Origin: Ginkgo biloba
Taxonomy: Eukaryota; Plantae; Ginkgophyta
NCBI GenBank assembly: GCA_024626585.2
Contig: JANKJI020000002.1
Coordinates: forward strand, 166,429,999 to 166,467,878
Reading direction: 5' to 3'
Length of the DNA: 37,880 nucleotides
Shown here one piece after another: positions 11,691 through 22,934 of the stretch (its first letter is position 1; each line of letters opens with the position of its first letter). The notes below the pieces were generated by a model, which saw nothing but the letters and a program-made list of their open reading frames with translations, made no database searches and was not told where the DNA came from. The position numbers and the translations under genes were made by a program.

Positions 11691-14289
11691 AGCATTGAAT
11701 GCAGGAGAATAAATGAAGACAAAGATAGAAGACCCACACATAGCTTTCTCTCCAAATAGAGTCGGCTCCTCATTCTTCCATTCACTAAATGCATGTATTA
11801 AATAGAAGTACAAGAAAGTAACGCATTGGAATCTATTTCCAATGCTCATCTATTTCTTTGACACCTCACTTCACACTTGTTATGTACTAATTTTATTTTA
11901 TTCTCTCTACACAACATTAGTCTCTACAAATGAGACATTATTCCAACAAAACTCCATCAACATGTAAATAGATTTTCACACAAAAAAAAAAAAAAAATGC
12001 AGAGAACTAGTCCTTTAGGTTGTTATCTAGGGGAAAATATTTCATCACCTTTTGTAGGAATTATCTTTAGAAACAATTTTTTGGTCACTTTCTTTTCTTT
12101 TTGCAAGACTCTAATATTGAAACTAGTAGACAAATGAATACCCATTGGCAGAAGGATGATTCCTCTCCCCTAGAAAAAATTGCAAATAAGAATTTCCAAC
12201 TTTACTCATACTCAACTCAATAAAAGCATATAAATACATATTTTTTGAAGTCAACCCCTCTATTAGAATCCACCTTTTCATGATTTTAATGAATTTATGG
12301 CCTGAAGAGGATTGCTTTATTTGTAGAATATATCTTGCAAGAGTAGAAAGATCTATTAAGGAAAACCTATAAGCACCAAAAACATCTACCATCCTCGACA
12401 CATGTAAAAGGAAAGGGGATTAGATATCAATAAATGGACATAAATTCTTTAAAATAAGTCACACACAAACAACAAAAGGAAGGGTCCTCGAATCTAAAAC
12501 GAACAACAAATTCACATCGAACAGGAATTTGAAGAACTTCTTGTGAACAATAAAAAGATCACAACAGATTCATTTTGTTTGTTGCAGAGAAGATCACAGT
12601 GGATTGGAAGACGAAGAATCGAGTCGTAGAGAAGCCAAAACAAAGAATCGATCAAGTTGCAGGCGCGAGGTTGGTCATATTTTGATTTTCTTTTTTAAAT
12701 TTCAAATTTTTCCTAAGTTTAATATCAGGAAACATAAATTATTAAAATGTGTTGAAGTTTAGCCCTTAGGAGTTCATGTTAATCCCCTTTCAAATAAAAA
12801 CCTTGGTCTTGTGAAGAAAACATGGTCACATGGAGGTCATACGGAGCTTATGTCCCTGAAATGAAACTTTTTTAATTTCCCATGCTGCATTAAACCTCAT
12901 TAAGGTTNNNNNNNNNNNNNNNNNNNNNNNNNNNNNNNNNNNNNNNNNNNNNNNNNNNNNNNNNNNNNNNNNNNNNNNNNNNNNNNNNNNNNNNNNNNNN
13001 NNNNNNNAGTTAATGCAAAAATGAAATTTTGGAGGTAGACTAATTCTACCAAAATTATGGTGTTTTGTGTTCTTATGGATGTTAAAGCTATTTTTACATT
13101 CATGTTTTACATTTGGTATGAGAGATTTGGCCAATATAGATCCTGAACTATGTTGGTTCATTATTTTATGAATCATAGGAGTGATTTTTTTATTTATTTC
13201 ACTGTCTTGTTTAATATTTTAATTATTGTCTAGTGAAAGTGTTGCAGAACTTTGTATGTATTTTTATAGGTTCTAGAAAAATATATCATACATTGTTATA
13301 GGTTTTGGAAAACATGTTTACATGGAGAGTTCTTGTTATAAAGAATTTTTGTGGTGTTTGTGAAACTTGTGAAGAATTATCGCTTTGAAGAATTCTTGTA
13401 CATGGTTTCGATGAAGAATACAGGTTTGTAGATATTATTCTATGGAAGATATGGATAAATCAGTTTATGGCTATGTAACTTACTTGTTGAAAACTTGATG
13501 TCCATAGCGAAGTATTGTGTGGTCAATTTTCTACTATATAGGATGTATACAAAAGTCGTATGAAGTTTTGTGAAAGTGTGACGCCTTGAGAACCTTGGTG
13601 GGAGGTTGTTTGGAGGAGACACAGGTTGGTGAATTTTCTCCTAGTTATCACTACAAGTGATGCCATCCTTGTTGATCATGCATGGAATATTAAGAATGTG
13701 GGATTGCATGTGTAGAGGTTTCTCTTACCAAAAATCCAACCGTAATTCTATGGAGAGTTATCGAGTCATAGGGAAGCTCACCACAACCATCTTGGGTGTA
13801 GCAGGTTACTGCACAGGGCCTAGAGCTCGTTGGATACCATAGAGGATGGGTCTAGGAATTTGGAGGCCATGTTTGATCTATTGATGATCGTTGGTGCATG
13901 TTGGGTCCTATAAAATCCACAAAAGATGTCATTCAAAGTTGTAGAGGGCTCACGGGTAGTGAGCAAGTGCTTGTAGGTGTTGTTTATGCCGTTGAACTAG
14001 AAGAAAGGCCACAAGAATATTAGAAAGGACCTTTGAAGGTTGGCAAGGTGTTTGGATTTATTGCAAAGTCAATCCAGATCCAAAGAAATGACAAGAAATT
14101 CAGAAAATTAATAAAAAATTACGACTGAAGTGGAAAAGCCGCAGAAAAATGACAAAAAATGCAAAAANNNNNNNNNNNNNNNNNNNNNNNNNNNNNNNNN
14201 NNNNNNNNNNNNNNNNNNNNNNNNNNNNNNNNNNNNNNNNNNNNNNNNNNNNNNNNNNNNNNNNNNNTCTTTTATGCTGTATGAGTGAA

Positions 14290-15102
14290 CTTCCTCTTAC
14301 TTGGTAGACTTGGTCCCTTATTGGTTGGAGTATTCCTTTCTCCTAACTTATACATGTTGGTTATCTCAACGGGTCTTTAACCATGCTTCAACTCAACATA
14401 CATGGATTTTTTGTAAGCCTCATCAAGGGTTTTCACCTCAAATAAGATGAATTCCATCTTTATATGAATATGTAAGCCACTGAGGTACTTTATCATTATC
14501 TTCCAATTAGCTTGGTTAATATTTAATTATAATCATTAATTTTGGAATTCAATCATATAATCTTGGACTCAGTACCCTTATCTTTATCTCAGGTAGTGCC
14601 ACCGAAACTCTTTCTCCTCTTCGTAACCTATCAATTAAAACTAATCTTTAGTAAGAGTCTTAAAATCCTCCCAGAAAAATATTAATTTTTTCCTAGTGAG
14701 GGGCCTTTCTTGGAAAAAACTCTCCCAACATAAGAGTGCATAACATTCCATCTTTAGTTGGGAAAAGGATATTTTCTCCTCATAAGAAAATTCATATTAC
14801 TTGAAATACAATTCAAGCTGCCTTATGCAATTATTAAAATTTTTTGGGCCTATTTTTCCATGATAAGGTTTAATCATTACCTTTTCCTTAACTTTGAATG
14901 AAGACTTGAAGGTGCTAGTCTCTCCTTGATTCCTCTTCAGAGAATCTAATTTAAATTCAAACCCCTTTTTATTCTTTAACTCTTTTAGCATTTGAAGGAT
15001 ATTTGACATGCCCGTTTGTAAATTAGTAAATCTCCTCTCAACTTCCTCTTCCATTGTCCTTTGAAATATTGGGGCTCTATCAGTTGTTAAACCTGGAAAC
15101 AA
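14290..15102 (-). pseudogene. Degenerate Ty3/Gypsy gag (Retrotrans_gag-like capsid)
   Basis: ORF 14797-15102 'IKPYHGKIGPKNFNNCIRQLELYFK' continues through stops as 'KISFSQLKMECYALLCWE..WEDFK..RWHYLR..VQDYMIEF..KYLSGLHIHIKMEFILFEVKTLDEAY'. Confidence 0.85.
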
Positions 15103-15167
15103 TGGTTCACCAATTAAGGAATATCCACTTCTAGTTTAAACCATTCACACTGCCTTAAGAACAGAAT

Positions 15168-15179
15168 GGTTTGATACCA
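15168..15179 (-). promoter_or_regulatory. Primer binding site (tRNA-Met-like)
   Basis: The minus strand reads ...agatca-att-tggtatcaaacc, located between the LTR end and gag. Confidence 0.75.
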
Positions 15180-15181
15180 AA

Positions 15182-15998
15182 TTGATCTATATCTCAATGG
15201 GTGAGTCAAAATCTCCCAATGTAAATAAGTATGAAATATCATTTCATAATTTTATTTTTGTGTCTAAATTATGCATGTTGTCTTATTAATTAAAATTCAA
15301 AACTCAAGAACAAAAAAATTGGAAGCCATGCACAACTCTTTACACAGAGACAAGAAAAATTTTAACTAGAGAAACCCTCATGGGGAGTAAAACTCCAAAC
15401 TAGCATTAAATTTTTTTCTTAATAAGATATTATAGATTCATATGCCTATGCCTCTATCTATAGATGAAACTCATATGGATTTACATGGAATTTATAGGTT
15501 AATAATGGTGTGGAGCTCTTTTCTCCTTAATAGACTCTCTCATACTCTCTTTCTTTTTCTCTTTTAATGATCACCAAAAATACTCCAACCCCATTTTTAC
15601 AACTGAATGCCTCTTTTAACTACTTCACTATCAAAGGAAGTTGAACGATTTTCTATAATTTTCCAATTGGCAAAAAAAAAAATTAATAATGTTCATCCTT
15701 GTCACACCTAGAAAATTCTAGTTTAAAGGAGCCTTTTGATCTTCCTAGATTTCTTTTTTCTCCCTAGTTATACCAGGAAGCTATTGTAACCAAGATGTAT
15801 TCCTCCTGGTCCCTTCTTTTCTTTCCTGGGTCCTTGTTCATTCCTAGGTAAACTAGGAACACTATCATGACTAGGATGTATTCACCGTAGGCCCTATCGT
15901 TCCTTTGTGGGTCATTTTCCTCCGTTATTAAACAAGGATATTATTTCTTACCTAGGACATAGGCATAATTAGGTCCCACCTTCTCTAATTTAACCTTC
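15182..15998 (-). mobile_element. 5' LTR (partial, runs into a gap) of the gag-bearing Gypsy element
   Basis: Ends GATCA just before the PBS and is homologous to the 6376-8177 LTR in its terminal sequence and internal repeats. Confidence 0.75.
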
Positions 15999-16235
15999 NN
16001 NNNNNNNNNNNNNNNNNNNNNNNNNNNNNNNNNNNNNNNNNNNNNNNNNNNNNNNNNNNNNNNNNNNNNNNNNNNNNNNNNNNNNNNNNNNNNNNNNNTG
16101 TTTCAATAATTGAAGGCATTTGACCTTCATATTATTTGTAATAAAGCTTTGTAAGTGTCAGTTATTTTAGTTGATTTCTCTGGTGTAGATCCAAAATTTT
16201 GTATTAAGGTAGGGTAACAATAGAATTTTTGTGTT

Positions 16236-16459
16236 AAGGGGGGCGTGTTGGTGTAATAACACTCAAATAGTGGTCATATAGTGACCTAAGTATTTAATGT
16301 TAGTAGTTAATAAGTTGAGTAGTTAGAAACTACCTCATATATAAATAAAAGCATATACAATGTAAGTGTATGAGTGGTGAAGAGGAATAATAACAAAAAA
16401 ATTTCATTAATCCAATCCCTTGCATTCCTCTTTGCACTTATCCTTCCTAAATCCTAACA
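16236..16459 (+). mobile_element. Polypurine tract plus short (~214 bp) Copia-type 3' LTR
   Basis: PPT aagggggg (16236-16243), then TGTTGG (16246), tatataaata (~16338) and CTAACA (ending 16459). Confidence 0.75.
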
Positions 16460-16631
16460 CTTATTATAATTTTTTTGTACAATGTGAATATTTGTGAATG
16501 TTGTGTTTATTTTCTTTTGTATATTTGTAAATAATTAAGGGAAATGCCCCTAACAATAAAAGAGGGACTTTGAATCTTGTGTCTGTCCCAATTTTGTATC
16601 TCCTCTCCTTGGGATTTATAGTCAAACACTT

Positions 16632-16768
16632 CGCTATGTCCAGCTATGAGGGTGATATACATATCGACACTATGTCCAATTATGAGGGTGATATACATAT
16701 CAAACACACAATTACCCAATAATTGATTTACAACTTCACTATGTCCATCACTATGAGGGTGATATACA
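16632..16768. repeat. Three copies of a ~36-bp unit
   Basis: cactatgtcca.(.)tatgagggtgatataca at 16632, 16668 (tandem) and 16737. Confidence 0.9.
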
Positions 16769-16781
16769 CTATTGTATTATA

Positions 16782-17330
16782 TCTTAGTATTCAATTTTCT
16801 CCATAATTTCTTCTAGAAATGATTTAAGAATTTTCTATCGTAGTTGAAAGTAATTCTCTTTGGAAATCCATGTAGTCAAACTAATTCCCTGAAGAATAAT
16901 TATACTAGCTTACTTGCATAATTGGTCTTTTTATATGGGATGAAATATGCCATCTTTAAAAATCTATCCACAATTACAAAATAAATTTATTTCCCTTTAA
17001 GTGTTTGGTAGTCCTAACATAAAATCCATTGGTATGTCAATCCATGGTCCTTCTAGAACTGGAAATGGTTTATATAGTACCAGATTCCATGATTTTCATT
17101 TGGTTACTTGGTATATTTTGCACTAATCCACAAATCTAATCACTTTCTTTCTCAACCCTACCCAAACGTATCAGTCTTTTACAAATGCAATGGTTTATCT
17201 CAGCCAAAGTGACCTCCTCGAAGACCTCTATGTAATTCTCTGATGATGTTTTCTCACATTGAGTGATTAAGTATACATAGTTGTCATCATTTTAAAAGAT
17301 ATCCATCTTGCAATAAATAATCTTTGTATA
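16782..17330 (-). pseudogene. CRM-like integrase, N-terminal zinc finger and partial core
   Basis: 'IIRELHRG..GHFG*DKT', 'LYKPFPVLEGPWIDIPMDFMLGLP', 'LFFRELV*LHGFPKRI', 'KFLNHF*KKLWRKLNT'; homology ends abruptly at ~16782. Confidence 0.9.
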
Positions 17331-17439
17331 GATCTCCATTCTCAATTGTTAGATTCATCAAATATTCTACCATCTATCAAAAATCCTTTTTGATGACATA
17401 CATTTCCTTCATCGATTATAAACTAATAAATTTATTTAT

Positions 17440-18890
17440 CATAGTTATTAGAAAGGTTGTTCTTTGAATCAAGGAATTTTCCACTTGGTTTGTCTTGCCT
17501 AATTTATTCTTTAGCACATATGAATAGGTATATAATAATTCAACCCATTTTTCATGTTAGACGCTCAACTTCACCTGAGAGTTTATGAACTTCAAAGCTT
17601 GATGATTTGTGTACACTATAAATTCCTTTGGTAATAGGCGATGTTACCAGTATTTTAATGTTTGTACCATGGTATAGAATTCCATATTATATTTCAAATA
17701 TTTCTTCCTGGCATCATTTAGTTTCTCACTAAAGAATGCAATTAGTTGACCCTCTTATCTTAACACTACTCTAATTCTGACTCTTGATGCATTGCATTCC
17801 ACCTCAAATACCTTGGTGAAGTCTAGTAATTATAATACTAGTGCTTTTTTCATTTTCTTCTTTAACAACTCAAAACTATATTGAGTTGCATTCGTCCATT
17901 GAAATGACTTATCTCTTATGCATTTACTCATGGGTGTTGCAATAGAGATGAAGTTCCTTATAAACTTTTTGTATAAACTTTTCAACCCGTAGAAGCTTCA
18001 AACTTCTATGACATTCCTGGGTATTGGACATTATAATATTGCTCTAACCTTCTCTGGATCCATCCTCAAACCTTCTTTAGATATTATAAATCCTAGATAT
18101 TTCAATTGTCTTTGGAATAAGCTGCACTTTTTTAGGTTCACATGCAATCTCTCCCATCCAAGGATATCCAACACTTGCCTCAAATGAGTGAGGTGTTCTT
18201 CCTTTGAGTTTGTAAATACCAAGATGTCATCGAGATAGACTAGTATGATCTTTCTAATAAGTTCTTTGAGGATGGTGTTCATTATATGCATGAATGTGCT
18301 AGGCACACTTTTCAATCCAAAAGTCATATCTCTTCACTCATACAAACCTTCCTTTATCTTGAATGTGATTTTTCATTCATCTCTTGCTCTAATCCTAATC
18401 TGATAATATCTGCTCCTCAGGTCAATCTTTGAAAAATACATCACTCATAGTAGATAGTCCATGATATCATCCATCCTAGGCATAGGAAATATATATTTGA
18501 TGGTTATTTGACTTATGGATATTTTTCTGTACACATCCTCTATGTCTTATATTTCTTTGGTGTCAATAAAGTTATAATTGCACACAGACTCAATCTTTCT
18601 CGAAAGAACTCCTTTTCTAGCAACCATTGAATCTACTGGTTCATCTCTTCATTCTTTATCGGGTTTATTTTGTATGTCACTTCATTAGGCAGGCTCACTC
18701 TAGGAACTAAGTTAATCTGGTGAATAATTCCTCTATTCGATGGTAGTCTTGTTGGAAATTCTTTTACAGGGACATCCCTATACTCCCTTAGTAATCTCTT
18801 TACTTGTTTAGGCATTTTAGTCGCTTTCATCCTTTCCACCTCTTTTTCTATCAAGGCATAACATGCACCTATCAAATTCACATTCTTCAT
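17440..18890 (-). pseudogene. Reverse transcriptase and RNase H
   Basis: 'FSKIDLRSRYYQIRI', 'MTFGLKSVPSTFM..ILVYLDDILVF' (ORF 18031-18327), and RNase H 'FEVECNAS..IAFFSEKLND..EFIVYTNHQALK'. Confidence 0.95.
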
Positions 18891-18949
18891 GAGTTATTTT
18901 ATTGATAGAATCACTTAGGACATCTCATCCTCTTTTTTAATCCATAGAA

Positions 18950-20567
18950 TGAATATCTTTCCATTCTTGGTAATGGTGTAAGTTTTTCTTCTTTCATCAT
19001 GTAGTATCTGTCAGTCAAATTACCACATCCTTTTCAATAGTAAGTGACATGCATCCATTGGTACTATGTCATACCATACTTGGTGATTATAGTCTTCCAT
19101 CCCAAAGTTTATAAGACATCTTTCCTAAATGGCGATATCAACTCCTTTCTTAAACCATGAGATTATATATGATATCTCATGTCATTGTTGGTATAATCCC
19201 AATTTATTAAACATATTCTCCAACACCATACTTTCATAATTGCCTCCATCAATAATGACATTACATATTTTTATTTTGACATACACTTGGTTTTGAATAT
19301 TTTCTTTCTTTACTCTAAATTACTTATTTCTTCTAAGCTATCAATGATATCACTTCTACTATTGGATGATTGACAATGATTATCGTGGGTCAACTTCTCT
19401 TTGTCTTTTATCAGTAGATGGTCTACCCATATTCTCATAAATATTGGTTTTTTGTCTGATAATAACAATATTCTTTATATCATTGCCACCTCTGAATTAC
19501 TTTCTATCAAGGATTCAGAGTTTATCTCTTCTTGGACTAGGTTAAAACTAGGCTCCTTCAATTGCAATCTATCATCATTCCTTCTTGGACATTCAAAGGA
19601 TTTGTGACCTTTCTTATCATATCTAAAATATGTAGTCATCCTAATAGGTACATAACTCACTTCTTCTCATATTCTTCCTCTTGCATGAGAGAATCTACCT
19701 CATCCTCCTGCTGAATATACATTAAATTCTCCCCTTGGTCTGAATGTCTTATCTAGACTAATGCTTGGGGCGTTCTCATATCTTGAGTTATTCTCCCCAT
19801 TCCATCTCTTGATATTTCTCCTTTGCCTCTAGTATGATAACTCTATGCCTCTAACGAATGGTCTCTTCCTAATATTTTTTACCAGCTTCTCCTCAAATTT
19901 TAGTGCTAATTGATAAGCCTCATCGACATTTCTCACATGATGAATGGCTATCCCATCTTGAATGGGATAATTTAAACCTTTTACATACCTTTCTTCTAGC
20001 TTATCTTCACCTTCATCATGACCTCTATGGATAGATAGTATAAAGAACTAATCAATGTACATGGGCACACTCTTCTCCTTCTATCTTAGGTTCTAGAATT
20101 TTATAAATGGTCTTTGAGCATAATATGTGAGAAAGAAATTCTCCTTGAGCTTCTCTGCAATCTTCTGCCATGTTTAGATTTTCTCTTTACCTTTTTGAAC
20201 TCTCTCCTTCTGTAAATGCTCCTACCATACAGAAAAATGTTCCTTTAGTCTGATGTATGAAAACTTCACTCTCCTAGGATCTTCTATTTACTCCTAGTCA
20301 AAGTAATTGTCTATCAGTCTGACCTAATGTAGAAAATCCTCATCCTTTAGGCTTCCCCCAAAACATGGAACATCTTCTCTTTCTCTAACTCTACCTTTAA
20401 AATAAGTCTTCTATATTTGGTTTGGGTCATTCTATTTCTTCACATTTAGGTTTTGATCTGTTTTTAGCTTCAGGCCATCATCTATGCAACTTATTTTTTA
20501 GATCTTTGTCCTTTCTCATAAGGGACTCAACTACCTAGATAAGTGCCCTATCCATTTTGGGTGCCAT
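18950..20567 (-). pseudogene. gag (capsid plus decayed CCHC knuckle) and aspartic protease
   Basis: ATG at 20567 (MAPK); capsid 'KF*NLR*KEKSV' and 'NVDEAYQLALKFEEK'; knuckle 'YFRYDKKGHKSFECP' (Cys to Tyr decay); protease 'CNVIIDGG' (~19240-19265) and 'MDACHLLL'. Confidence 0.88.
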
Positions 20568-20622
20568 TTTGAGTACTTCCTTTCTGCTATTGCAATACTT
20601 CTTTTACCTTCTAATCTTCATT

Positions 20623-20754
20623 CTCTTGATACCAATTGATGTTATCAAACATCTTCTATAGCACCTTCCCTCGAGCACTGGTCTTTGATACCATATGATG
20701 GTATCAAACTATATTTCCAATGAGCCTTACTCTATGCTCTAATACCATATGATG
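20623..20754 (-). promoter_or_regulatory. Three tandem CATCA(LTR end)-NN-PBS(tRNA-iMet) junctions
   Basis: Minus strand: catca-ta-tggtattagagc (20754-20736), catca-ta-tggtatcaaag (20700-20683), catca-at-tggtatcaagag (20641-20623); periods 54 and 59 nt. Confidence 0.88.
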
Positions 20755-22142
20755 AAATTGATCAGTAGGACCTTTATTGGTCATCGCTTATAAGTCAACT
20801 AACATGCCCTTTATATGAAGGAACATACCAATATGTCTGTCAGACTTATAATACTATCATTAGATGCCTCTATGACCTCAGTAATATGACCTCCATTGAT
20901 AACTATCAATGATATGCATGAATAACACTTATCCTAGCTTAGGTGTTAGTAAAGATTAGGCCTGAAAGACGTAAAATATTTCCATAATAGTTTTGAACAT
21001 AAAATAAAATAATACATACACCAAGTAATAATCAAATCAGATATCATACATCCACATATAAATATTATCGAGAGAACATAATGTTTCACATGGAGAAACC
21101 CTCATAGGGAATACAAATCCAAGCTATTATTAGTTAACACCTTAAATGCATTAAAAATATACACCACATCTCTTCCTTTTTAATAGAGGTATTTGCAAAT
21201 AGTTTCATCCTTAAATCATGACACTAATTCAAATATTAGGTCCCTAAGTTCCTCCATCGATGTTCTACTTTGCCTATGCTCAATGACTCAAATTTAGGTA
21301 GAATCCTCAATGCCCCATTTGAATTCCTTAATCTTAGAAGTATATTGCACAACACCCCTCAAATAATTTCTCTCCATAAATTCACACACTTAGAACTATC
21401 TCACATCAGTAAATAGGCTTCTTCTCTATGTCATGACCTTCCTTAAAGAATTTCTTCTCTTTGGTTTCTCTAACAGATCTTTTCCTCCTTCGTCCCTTTT
21501 TAACTCTCTCTATAATCTCCTCTTTTATTATATCATCTTACCAATTCATCCATGAAGATTAAACTCTTTTTATCTTCTCTCTCATATTATATGCCTCATT
21601 TAAATGCTTGGGAATTTACTTATTTTCCCTCCAATAGCTTGGTTGGTGAGAATTATTTTTTCTTCAACAACTCTTGCAATTAATTCTTTGTAATAACTAC
21701 CTCTCTTTTGGTATCACCTTTCATCATGTTTCTTTCAGGTTTGGTGTTTTAGGTATTGAATATGCCCATGTACTAGCAACATTCATATTCTCTTATGTCA
21801 GATTTTTCTTTTAGCCTCTTGATAAACTAAATTGGGCAAGTGAATCACCTAGGTTTACTAATTATCTACATTCCTATTGGACATAACCTCATGTTGGTTA
21901 TCTCTATCTGCCACTATCAATTTCTCATGTCAATATTTCCTATCGATGTTAATTTTATTATATTTGATAGTGTCAATATTTCTCCTCTCCTTCTCTAATG
22001 GAGTCAATTTACCATTAGAAATTTTTTATTCGATGAAGCCCTTCTAAAATAATTTTTGAAGATAATGTTGATATGATCATTTTTTTTTAAACCCTTAAAA
22101 TTGTGTACTTTGTCAACATGCTACTAAGATGCTCTTGCATCA
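20750..22142 (-). mobile_element. 5' LTR (~1.4 kb) of the CRM-like element
   Basis: The minus strand begins TGATGCAAGAG at 22142 and ends CATCA at 20750. The outer boundary is inferred from the terminal motif and the abutting microsatellite. Confidence 0.65.
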
Positions 22143-22147
22143 TGTAC

Positions 22148-22240
22148 TTATATATATATATATATATAGACACATACATACACATGCATACATCTACACA
22201 CACACACACACATAAATACAAACATAAAAAAACATACACA
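22148..22240. repeat. (TA)n followed by an imperfect (CA)n microsatellite
   Basis: tatatatatatatatatatagacacatacatacac...cacacacacaca. Confidence 0.95.
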
Positions 22241-22934
22241 TAATAAAAATATTGCCATTATACTCCTAACTGTAAATCCTATACTTTCATGAACAAAAAA
22301 TAAATCTTTATATTATAATATTTTAAATTAATCAAATATTTATATGTTATAGAAACTATGCATTACCCTGAGTGGCAAGGAGGGAGATTCATTTTCCCCA
22401 ATTGTTATCTATTATATCTTAAATTGGCTATAATTTATTGCCTAGCTAATTAATATGAATAATAACATTTTTTGTCAAAAAATATTATGAAAATTATCAT
22501 TGAGAGTAGGTTGAACAAAACATAAATGGATCGTATAGGGGGGAAATTACCCATGGAATAGATAAAATGATAGTCACATGAATACTCTTATGTAGAATTA
22601 ATAATTTGGTTATTATTTACACTTATTTTTAAGTGTTAATCCCAACATATGTTGGTGGAAAAGGAAAAAGGTTGTATCTAAAGTTTTCTAAGACCTTGTG
22701 TCTTAAGGGAGAACTTTATTAAGAGTTTTATTGCTATGAATTCAAAACAATTTACTTGGGATATTTATGCCCTTTTGAGAATATAATCATCCTTCCTATC
22801 ATTCAGAATACATATACATATATGCATAAATTTANNNNNNNNNNNNNNNNNNNNNNNNNNNNNNNNNNNNNNNNNNNNNNNNNNNNNNNNNNNNNNNNNN
22901 NNNNNNNNNNNNNNNNNNNNNNNNNNNNNNNNNN

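Larger units (their letters stand above)
16782..22142 (-). mobile_element. CRM-like (centromeric chromovirus lineage) Ty3/Gypsy element: 5' LTR, triple PBS, gag-PR-RT-RH-INT, 3'-truncated and degenerate
   Basis: Gypsy domain order on the minus strand, CRM-type TGATG...CATCA LTR termini, and CRM-type protease ('CNVIIDGG') and integrase ('VIVDRFLKMAYFIPYKKTNYAS') motifs. Confidence 0.88.

Noticed and set aside
11154-11849. Minus-strand ORFs of 60-138 aa
   Set aside because: Mostly antisense shadows of the plus-strand integrase.
20623-20754. CRISPR-like appearance (palindromic ~27-nt repeat plus ~30-nt spacers)
   Set aside because: Eukaryotic TE context, no cas genes, the repeat is the LTR end + PBS, and the spacers are weakly similar to each other.
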